Shown: piece by piece, positions 48,047 to 55,835 of the stretch
Position numbering within the stretch: the first letter of the stretch is position 1
How the letters are laid out: every line of letters starts with the position of its first letter
Origin: Minisyncoccota bacterium
GTDB lineage: Bacteria; Patescibacteriota; Minisyncoccia; Phycocordibacterales; CAJBRS01
Direction: 5' to 3'
Assembly: GCA_035652395.1 (NCBI GenBank)
Contig: DASRDX010000012.1
Location: 96,778-160,777 of the forward strand
DNA length: 64,000 nucleotides
Position numbers and translations under genes: made by a program
The notes under the pieces: generated by a model
Seen by the model: the letters and a program-made list of their open reading frames with translations, nothing else
Databases searched by the model: none
Told to the model about the DNA's origin: nothing

Positions 48047-48967
48047 ATGACCCTTGAAGATTTAAAAAGAGATTTCTTGGATCACTTGGAGATTGAAAAA
48101 GGCCGCAGCTTGAAAACTCGTGCCAATTACAGCCACTATTTAGACAAATTTCTATTTTTCGCCAAACTGAAAAACCCCGCCGATATTAGCGAGGACCTCA
48201 TTCGGGAATACCGTCTGTGGCTTAACCGTCAAAGTGACGGGAAGGCCGGCACTTTAAAAAAGCGCACTCAAAACTATTATTTAATTGCTCTCCGAGCCTT
48301 TTTGAAATATCTGGCCAAACGAAAAGTCTCATCTCTCTCTCCAGACGTTATTGAATTGGCGAAAGTGCCGGAGCGCTCGCTTGATCTGATTGGAGCGGAA
48401 GACTTAAAGAGATTGATGAAGGCTCCCGACGATGAAAAGGACGAATTAAAAAAACTCAGAGATAAAGCCATTTTAGAGCTCTTTTTTTCTACCGGTCTCC
48501 GAGTTTCAGAGCTCTGTTCCCTCTCTCGCGATCTAGATCTCCGCAAAGACGAATTCTCAATTCGCGGCAAAGGTGAAAAGGTGAGAGTGGTTTTTCTTTC
48601 GAATGAAGCGAAAGAGGCGATAAAAAAGTATCTAGATAAACGGGTAGATGTGGAAGATGCTTTGTTTGTTCAGCTGAAGAGCCCGATTGGTAACAAAACC
48701 GAAGCCAAAGAATTGCATCGGTTAACTGCGCGTTCAATTGAAAGAATTGTTAAACATTACGCTATTAAAGCTGGTATTTCAAAAAAAGTGACGCCGCATG
48801 TTCTTCGCCACAGTTTCGCCACCGATCTTTTGGAGAATGGGGCAGATTTGCGAGCCGTTCAAATGCTTCTTGGCCACGCCAACATCACTACTACCCAAAT
48901 TTATACTCACATTACTGACAAACACCTGAAGGAAATTCACAAGAATTTCCATAATAAGAAAAAATAA
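48047..48967 (+). CDS. XerC/D-type tyrosine recombinase
   Basis: TGLRVSEL, GKGEK.R, PHVLRHSFAT, LLGH, TQIYT. Confidence 0.92.
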   Translation: MTLEDLKRDFLDHLEIEKGRSLKTRANYSHYLDKFLFFAKLKNPADISEDLIREYRLWLNRQSDGKAGTLKKRTQNYYLIALRAFLKYLAKRKVSSLSPDVIELAKVPERSLDLIGAEDLKRLMKAPDDEKDELKKLRDKAILELFFSTGLRVSELCSLSRDLDLRKDEFSIRGKGEKVRVVFLSNEAKEAIKKYLDKRVDVEDALFVQLKSPIGNKTEAKELHRLTARSIERIVKHYAIKAGISKKVTPHVLRHSFATDLLENGADLRAVQMLLGHANITTTQIYTHITDKHLKEIHKNFHNKKK

Positions 48968-49100
48968 GAAGGATTTGGCTGCTTCGCCGCCAAACTCTTC
49001 TTGACGAAAAGGCAAATCGTAGTAAGGTTGTCGCTGGGTCACATTTTTTGTGAATGGCTCATTCAAAACCTAACCGTAAAAATTCAAAAAAAGGAAAATA

Positions 49101-49556
49101 ATGATTGCAGCAAGAGAACAAAGCTACCTATCCATTCGTCTGCCTGGAGGTAAAAACCCAGAGCTTCGGCGCATCGAAGATAGGCTTAATCAACCTCTAA
49201 TCGAAACTCGGCATCAGATCAATGAAGCCCAGTCTACCTTGGAGGCTTGGTATGAAGGAAGAAATGGCCACAAAGACGCGGCCTACCAACTTTTCGGAGC
49301 TTTCTGGCGTGATCACTCCAAGAAAGAGATTTCGGTAAATGAACGGGGTCTGGTGGCGGAGGTCGCCTTTTACGCCGAAGGAAGCTCAAAAGCGGCTGTG
49401 ATTTTTTTCCGAATCGAACCACAAAAAGCGGTAATGAAAAATCGGAAAGAAATTCTGCCCGAATACAACTTATTGGTCCGAGCTCAAGTTCGGCGAATGG
49501 TTGATGCCCTACGCAATACCAGCGACAGCTACGGCAATATCACCAAGGTTGTCTAA
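49101..49556 (+). CDS. hypothetical protein
   Basis: 151-aa ORF with AAGGA ribosome-binding site, TTGACG upstream and terminator at 49569-49600. Confidence 0.65.
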   Translation: MIAAREQSYLSIRLPGGKNPELRRIEDRLNQPLIETRHQINEAQSTLEAWYEGRNGHKDAAYQLFGAFWRDHSKKEISVNERGLVAEVAFYAEGSSKAAVIFFRIEPQKAVMKNRKEILPEYNLLVRAQVRRMVDALRNTSDSYGNITKVV

Positions 49557-49635
49557 CAGCACATTATTAGCTAGTCGTTCTTCAAGGGACGACTAGCTTT
49601 TTTATTTTTTCTCAATTTCACGCTAAGATTGTTTC

Positions 49636-50406
49636 ATGAAAATCATCTCATGGAACGTTAACGGCATTCGAGCTTGGCATAAAAAGGGCTATTTAGAGTG
49701 GTTTTTAAAGGAATCTCCCGATATTTTCTGTCTTCAGGAAACCAAAGCTCATCCGGAGCAGCTTACGGAGGAACTGCGAAACCCAAAGGGCTACCACTCC
49801 TATTTCGATCATTCAAAGGGACGTAAAGGCTATAGCGGCGTCGCGGTTTACAGCAAAATTAAGCCGGAAAAGATCGAATACGGCCTGGGAGTAAAGGAAT
49901 TAGACCAAGAGGGGCGTTTCATCGCTCTGCATTTCAAAAAATTTGTCCTGATTAACACCTACTTCCCTAATGGCGGTGGCGGTCCGGTTCGCCTTAAATA
50001 CAAACTTGATTACTACAAGGCGTATTTAAAATACGCCGATAATTTAAGAAAAAAAGGCCAAAAAATCATCTTTTGCGGAGATATCAATACTGCTCATACC
50101 GAGATCGATCTGGCCCGCCCTCGTGAAAACGTTTCACATACAGGATTTCTGCCTATAGAAAGGGCGTGGTTAGATAAGGTAATAGAACATGGTTACATTG
50201 ATGTCTTTCGTCACTTTTACCCCCATAAAACTGGCGCTTACACCTACTGGGATTCTTACAGTTTTGCTAGGGATCGAAACGTCGGTTGGAGAATTGATTA
50301 TTTCTTCGTTAGTCCGGATCTAATCAAAAAAGTCAAAAATATGGCTATTTTAAGCGACGTTTTTGGCTCGGACCATTGTCCTATTCTTTTAGAAATCGAC
50401 ATATAA
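49636..50406 (+). CDS. xth: exodeoxyribonuclease III / AP endonuclease
   Basis: SWNVNGIRA, LQETK, GDINTAH, GWRIDYF, SDHCP. Confidence 0.96.
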   Translation: MKIISWNVNGIRAWHKKGYLEWFLKESPDIFCLQETKAHPEQLTEELRNPKGYHSYFDHSKGRKGYSGVAVYSKIKPEKIEYGLGVKELDQEGRFIALHFKKFVLINTYFPNGGGGPVRLKYKLDYYKAYLKYADNLRKKGQKIIFCGDINTAHTEIDLARPRENVSHTGFLPIERAWLDKVIEHGYIDVFRHFYPHKTGAYTYWDSYSFARDRNVGWRIDYFFVSPDLIKKVKNMAILSDVFGSDHCPILLEIDI

Positions 50407-50767
50407 GCAGACTTCTAAGTTATCCCCAGCCTTGTCCTTTACATGTCCTTTAGAAAGCCTTATCATAAAGGACAGATTCTAGCAGCGAACGTTATTAATC
50501 CCTCTTGACGCAAGCTTGCTAAAAGTTCGTTCCACATAAAGGACATTTTGTAAGATATTTTCTCGGTTGAATTCCCAAACAAATTTTTTACCAATTGGCA
50601 GACGAGTGTTTTCTCCGGAAAATTCTCTCCTGCTAAATTACCTCTTGGATTCAAACCCGTGGAAACTTCACTCGATGTCACTTTATGCTTCAAAAGCCGC
50701 ATCGCGCCTTCATCAATAGCCGCCTGCGGCTTTTCTCTTTCTCCTCCTAGGGTTGAGAAAGGAAAGG

Positions 50768-50860
50768 ATAGTCTAACGAATGAAAATAACCTCTCTTTTG
50801 CCGAGAATTTGGTCCTCCAACCTCTCGGAAAAGAGAGGTTATTGAAATAAGTTAGACTAT
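50768..50860. repeat. long imperfect inverted repeat at the cca 3' end
   Basis: ATAGTCTAAC..AATAACCTCTCTTTT..CCGAGA / TCTCGG..AAAAGAGAGGTTATT..GTTAGACTAT. Confidence 0.85.
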
Positions 50861-52350
50861 TGTACCCAATATTTCTTTCTTATTTCCTTCACTTCTTCTT
50901 CCTGTAATCTCTCCTTCCTTTCCTTTCCTTTCTCCCCTATCTTTTTTAATTGCTCCTCAGTTAATTTGCTTAAATCTACTGCCCTCTCATAAAGGTGTTC
51001 TTTAGTATTCAAGGAAGGATCTTCCAAAACTTCTTCAAGCAAGGCATGCAAAATATAGCCAATCTTTGGTCCGGAAGGTAAGTTTGCCACCTCCATAATT
51101 TTACTGCCATCAATTTTTAACATCCCGACTGAAACCGGGTCATGCATCACCTCTTCAATCATTGATTTGTATTTTCTCAAGCGATACGGATCTTCTTTTG
51201 GTCTTCCCGTACCAATACGGTCGCAAATTCTGAGATTCATAAGATTCCAGACGTTCTCCTTACCCACATTTTTAAGCAAGCGTCTGACAGCCGACAAAGT
51301 AATTTGGTCGGGATCGGAGAAAAACATGTGCCAACGAATTAGTTTAGTTACTTCTTCAATTAATTTATTCGGAAAGCGTAAATCATTTAAAATTTTAGCA
51401 GCCACACGAGCTCCCACTACATCATGCCCGTGAAAAGTCCAGTCTTTTTTCTCGTTTGACCAGCGTCTTGATTGAGGCTTGGCAATATCATGAAGCAATG
51501 CGGCTAACCGAATTTCTAGCGACCACCCCTTGTCCGCCGCCGCTTGCAAGCTTTTTAATAAGTGTTCAAAGACGTCATAAGCGTGGGCTTGGTTTTGTTC
51601 AATTCCGGAAGCTTTCTCCAGTTCAGGGATAATAAACTTCAACACACCTAGGTTTTTAGCCGTTTTTAAGGCATCAGCCGGTTTAGCGGACATTAAAATT
51701 CTAACGAACTCTTCTCGTATTCTCTCTCGGGCAATGTTCTTCAGGAGACCCGCATCATTTTTAATAGCCTCTTCAGTTTCTGGGGCAATCTTAAATCCAA
51801 GTTCAGCTGAGAGTCTGATGGCTCGTAAAATTCTTAAACCATCTTCTTTGAATCTCTCATTCGGATCTCCTACGGTTCTAACAATTTTCTTTTCAATATC
51901 TTTTTGTCCTTGATAAAGGTCAACCACTTCCCCATCATAATTTTCTTTAGCTGTTGCAACAATTTTCAGAGCAATGGCATTGATAGTAAAATCCCGTCTC
52001 TTTAGATCATCTTCCAGATTTTGACTAAATGTAACGGAGTCAGGATGTCGATTATCCGAATAAGTGGCTTCCAGACGATACGGAGTCATCTCCACCACTT
52101 TCAAAGTTTCATCCTCCGCTTCTTCATTAACTACTCCAACTGTTCCATAATCGTTTTCATAGAAGGTTTTATCGAAATTTTGAATGATCTCTTCGGGCGT
52201 GGCGTTTGTAGTAACATCCCAGTCTTTCGGCTTGCGCTCCAAAAGCAAATCACGAACACAGCCACCGATTAAATAGGCTTCAAAACCAGCCTCTTCTAAT
52301 TTCCTAGTTATTCGTGAAACTTCCGGCGGAATGGAGAATTTTCTAGACAT
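50857..52350 (-). CDS. cca: CCA tRNA nucleotidyltransferase with HD domain
   Basis: GGCVRD, DWDVTT, DL.RRDFTINA, EDGLRILRA, LLHDIAK; the four complete tRNAs here lack an encoded CCA. Confidence 0.93.
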   Translation of the reverse strand: MSRKFSIPPEVSRITRKLEEAGFEAYLIGGCVRDLLLERKPKDWDVTTNATPEEIIQNFDKTFYENDYGTVGVVNEEAEDETLKVVEMTPYRLEATYSDNRHPDSVTFSQNLEDDLKRRDFTINAIALKIVATAKENYDGEVVDLYQGQKDIEKKIVRTVGDPNERFKEDGLRILRAIRLSAELGFKIAPETEEAIKNDAGLLKNIARERIREEFVRILMSAKPADALKTAKNLGVLKFIIPELEKASGIEQNQAHAYDVFEHLLKSLQAAADKGWSLEIRLAALLHDIAKPQSRRWSNEKKDWTFHGHDVVGARVAAKILNDLRFPNKLIEEVTKLIRWHMFFSDPDQITLSAVRRLLKNVGKENVWNLMNLRICDRIGTGRPKEDPYRLRKYKSMIEEVMHDPVSVGMLKIDGSKIMEVANLPSGPKIGYILHALLEEVLEDPSLNTKEHLYERAVDLSKLTEEQLKKIGEKGKERKERLQEEEVKEIRKKYWVQ

Positions 52351-52417
52351 TTAATGATGATATTTTATTATAGCTTTGGCCTTTTCACTAATTTTGAAGT
52401 ATTATATTTCAACTATT

Positions 52418-52489
52418 GCTCCCGTGGTGAAATGGATATCACGCGACGCTTCGGACGTCGTATTGTGGGTTCGAGTCCTGCCGGGAGCG
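52418..52489 (+). tRNA. tRNA-Arg(UCG)
   Basis: GCTCCCG/CGGGAGC acceptor stem; CGACG-CTTCGGA-CGTCG; GGTTCGAGTCC. Confidence 0.93.
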
Positions 52490-52679
52490 CAAGCCAGAAA
52501 ATCTGAACTTCTTCAGATTTTTGCGGACTTGCGCTGGCCGGAGCGATGTCGCCCGGTTCTAGGCGACCGCGAGGCGGGGTCGCGAACACTTAGTATTTTG
52601 CAAGATTTAAGGCCGCAGCAAAAGACTTAGTGATTCGTGACCGCAAAACCAGTTTTAAGGTTATATAATAACAATATCC

Positions 52680-52750
52680 GCGGGTATGGTTTAGTGGTAG
52701 AACACATCCTTGCCAAGGATGAGACGGGAGTTCGATTCTCCCTACCCGCA
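52680..52750 (+). tRNA. tRNA-Gly(GCC)
   Basis: GCGGGTA/TACCCGC; CATCC-TTGCCAA-GGATG; GGGAG-TTCGATT-CTCCC. Confidence 0.95.
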
Positions 52751-53069
52751 CATTAAAGACATTTCTAGTGCCAGATGGCGGACGAGAATCTTTGAAAGAG
52801 TTCGATAACTCTATGATACCAAGACAGCTAACTCTAAGATCTAGGAAAGAGTTTTTATCATATTTGTCTGTCTACCTGCTCTAAATTCCAACAGGTCTGG
52901 CAAATGGGATTTGTCTTATATTTGTCCTAAACCCAAAAATCGAAATGGCTTAAAATAAGGCTAATTTTCAATTTGCTGTGGATAACTCGGGGGATATGTG
53001 TATAAAGGACATAAAAATGACTTTTATGACCTTTTGTATAGGAGAAACATAGAATAAATAGGGTATTTA

Positions 53070-53085
53070 TGTTTCACATGAAACG
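53070..53085. promoter_or_regulatory. parS-like site
   Basis: TGTTTCACATGAAACG versus consensus TGTTTCACGTGAAACA (2 mismatches). Confidence 0.7.
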
Positions 53086-53176
53086 TTACTTATGAAACTT
53101 TCCTTTAAGACTTCGAACTCTCAACCTTTATGAAAAATTTAAGAAAATTTTAGGCCCATTTTGATTTAATTGTTTC

Positions 53177-53557
53177 ATGAATAACCAAGGTATAGGACAT
53201 ATTGGAGAAAGCTTAGCCTGCAAATTCTTATGCAATAAAGGATTTAACATCATTGGGCGGAATTTCTTGAGAAAATGTGGAGAAATAGATGTCATAGCTC
53301 GAAAAGAAGGTGTCCTGCACTTTATTGAGGTCAAAACTGTTACTTGTGAAAACCTGAATGTTATTCATGAAACAAATACCTACCGTCCCGAGGATAATAT
53401 TCATTTATATAAAACAGAGCGACTAAAAAGAGTAATTCAAGTTTATTTAGTAGAAAACTACATTAAACAGAATTGGCAATTTCATGCCATTACGGTTTTA
53501 TTCGATCCTATAAGAAGGGAAGCCAAGATAGATTTCTTAGAAAACCTTGTCCTTTAG
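53177..53557 (+). CDS. yraN: YraN-family (UPF0102) nuclease-like protein
   Basis: G..GE..A..FL...GF.I..RN....GEIDVIA...LHFIEVK. Confidence 0.92.
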   Translation: MNNQGIGHIGESLACKFLCNKGFNIIGRNFLRKCGEIDVIARKEGVLHFIEVKTVTCENLNVIHETNTYRPEDNIHLYKTERLKRVIQVYLVENYIKQNWQFHAITVLFDPIRREAKIDFLENLVL

Positions 53558-53619
53558 CGGGGTGTCTTTTAGGAAAATTAAAAAATGTGTGTTAGACTTT
53601 TTCAATCTTTATTTTTTAA

Positions 53620-53692
53620 CGGGGCGTGGTGTAACGGCTAACATTCTTGATTTGGGATCAAGCGACTCCGGGTTCGAATCCCGGCGCCCCGA
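53620..53692 (+). tRNA. tRNA-Pro(UGG)
   Basis: CGGGGCG/CGCCCCG; CTTGA-TTTGGGA-TCAAG; CCGGG-TTCGAAT-CCCGG. Confidence 0.93.
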
Positions 53693-53830
53693 AAATTGCA
53701 AAGCAATTTTCGTCGACCGGGATTCGAACCCGGAAAACTAACGCCCGGGTCGAATAATTCTATGGTAGCAAGTCTGTAAACTCGAATGTTCGGATAATGT
53801 TACACATTTTCCCGGCGATCAAATCTAAAT

Positions 53831-53970
53831 AAAAACAAACCCCGCAAGACGTCTTGCGGGGGGCTGTAGAAAAGATTGCATTGCCCGGTAGGCTGCCACC
53901 TTATCTTTCTTTGGCTCAAAACGGTCAGGTTGCCATCCGGCCTGTCAAAAGGCCAACCGTGTATAAGCTT
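53831..53970 (-). ncRNA. candidate orphan sRNA (~140 nt)
   Basis: TTGACA-16-TATACT (54004-53977), structured body, terminator CCCCGCAAGAC/GTCTTGCGGGG with U-tract. Confidence 0.55.
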
Positions 53971-54077
53971 GTAAATAGTATACATTATATATTAGGAATG
54001 TCAAGAAATTCTTGTGTTTTATAATTTTTGGTATAGTATTGTTTCTGTTAATTTAGTATTAACTTTTTATTTTTAAC

Positions 54078-54956
54078 GTGAAAATCGTTACTCATAGTGG
54101 GAGTTTTCATCAAGACGAACTCTTTGCTTTAGCCGCTCTGCAGATGGTTTATCCTGATGCCGAGATTATTCGAACTCGTGATCCGGAAATTATTTCCAAG
54201 GCGGACATTGCTGTTGATATTGGCGGCATTTATGATCCGGCCAGTAATCGTTTTGACCATCATCAGGAAGGGGGAGCGGGAAGACGCGGCAAGAATGGCA
54301 TGCCGTATGCTTCTTTCGGTTTGGTTTGGAAAAAATTTGGCCGGCAAATTTGCGATGGGCGCGCCGACATAGCTGATCTGGTGGATCGAAAAATGATTCA
54401 GGCTATCGATGCGGCCGACAACGGAGTGATGGTTTACGCCCCAGTTAATCGTGAGATTCAGCCGTATTTATTTGATAACTTCTTGAACGCCATTACTCCG
54501 ACGTGGCGCGAAGGTAAAAGTATTGATGATGCTTTCAAACAAATTTTGAGCATCGTGAGATTAGTGCTTGAAAAAGAAATTGAGAAAGCTAAATTCTTTT
54601 TTGAAGAAACTGAATTGGTCCGCCAAGCTTATCGGGAATCGGAAGACAAAAGAATTATTGTCCTTGACCACCCGTATCCTTGGAAGAGTGTTTTAACAAA
54701 ATATCCGGAACCGCTTTTTGTTATCTATCAGGATCAAAATACTGATGAATGGGTGATTATGGCAGTCAAGAAAGATCCGCGAGCTTTTATTTATCGAAAA
54801 CTTTTTCCGGCCAATTGGGCAGGGAAGATCGGCAAGCCTCTGGCAGATGAAATCGGCATTCCGGATGCGGTTTTTTGCCACAACAAACGCTTCATTGCCA
54901 AAGCCTGGTCCAAAGAAAGCGCTATAAAGATGGCTAAAATAGGCCTTAATACGTAG
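54078..54956 (+). CDS. MYG1-family (DHH-like) exonuclease
   Basis: IVTHSGSFHQDE, RTRD, DIGG.YD...FDHHQ, IDAADNG, FP..WAG, FCH...F. Confidence 0.93.
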   Translation: MKIVTHSGSFHQDELFALAALQMVYPDAEIIRTRDPEIISKADIAVDIGGIYDPASNRFDHHQEGGAGRRGKNGMPYASFGLVWKKFGRQICDGRADIADLVDRKMIQAIDAADNGVMVYAPVNREIQPYLFDNFLNAITPTWREGKSIDDAFKQILSIVRLVLEKEIEKAKFFFEETELVRQAYRESEDKRIIVLDHPYPWKSVLTKYPEPLFVIYQDQNTDEWVIMAVKKDPRAFIYRKLFPANWAGKIGKPLADEIGIPDAVFCHNKRFIAKAWSKESAIKMAKIGLNT

Positions 54957-55052
54957 AGCTCTTGATTTTTACGTTAAGTATGATATAATGCAAAAAGAAG
55001 CTATTCATTCCGAATAGTCCTCACGAAACAATTTACAAAAGGAGATCGTACT

Positions 55053-55763
55053 TTGATACCCAAATTTAATCTTAAGGGCAGCATTCCAGCGCTGGTCTTA
55101 AAATGGTCAGTGACTAATCCTCACCTTGTACCGCTTGGAGCAGTTTTTACTCGCAGTAAGAGTAAAAAAGATTATCAGAAACGGGCCGAAAGGGTTTTCG
55201 GTATATCCACCGTCGATGAAATAGGAAACTCTGGATTTGAATTGCCGGAAACCAAAATCGGACGAGTCGGAATTCAGAGCGTAGAGAATCTGATGAATCG
55301 ATTTTTACGGATCGAACATCGGATCAGCAGGAAACCCGATCACATTCCCAAGCAGGCCATCTTGTTTTTCTTTGTTCTCAATGAAAAAGATTTACAGGAG
55401 GCTGTGCCCATGTCCGGCGAGCACGCTCAAGCCCTCAGATGGTTTGCCATGCAAACCTTCGAAGGCTGTCGAATCTGGAACAATGGTGAACGAGTAGTCA
55501 TTGATTTGGTCAAGCGTTTGCCGGAACAGAAAGCGGTGCACTGTATGGATTTACGTTCAGACAGTAAGCATGGCTGGCAGCTCTGTTGGGTGCCTCTTCC
55601 GGAAGGTGTTAATCCCGCGCCCACAGCGACACATCCAAAATTCCTGACAAAGGAGTATGTGGATTATCAACGGCGGGCAGAGGAAAAACTTTTCCAGCAA
55701 ACTCGCAGGTCTCTCGAAAACCTGTTTGAGGTTGCCGACAGGCAAGTGGCTATGGCCAGATAA
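55053..55763 (+). CDS. hypothetical protein
   Basis: 236-aa ORF with AAGGAG ribosome-binding site, own promoter (TTGATT..TATAAT) and downstream hairpin. Confidence 0.65.
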   Translation: MIPKFNLKGSIPALVLKWSVTNPHLVPLGAVFTRSKSKKDYQKRAERVFGISTVDEIGNSGFELPETKIGRVGIQSVENLMNRFLRIEHRISRKPDHIPKQAILFFFVLNEKDLQEAVPMSGEHAQALRWFAMQTFEGCRIWNNGERVVIDLVKRLPEQKAVHCMDLRSDSKHGWQLCWVPLPEGVNPAPTATHPKFLTKEYVDYQRRAEEKLFQQTRRSLENLFEVADRQVAMAR

Positions 55764-55835
55764 AAATTCAAACCGCGCGGAAACGAAGTTTCCGCGCGGT
55801 TTTTGCTTAAGCGTTTATATAATATAATCAACAGA

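Noticed and set aside
48047-49556. Prophage or integrative element at the tyrosine recombinase
   Set aside because: XerC/D-like sequence among core genes; no att repeats, phage genes or cargo
53915-53962. SRP RNA (ACGGTCAGG on the + strand)
   Set aside because: Lacks the GNRA loop and AGCAG of helix 8; promoter and terminator point to the minus strand
53800-53985. 61-aa minus-strand ORF
   Set aside because: Starts inside the promoter and reads through a terminator
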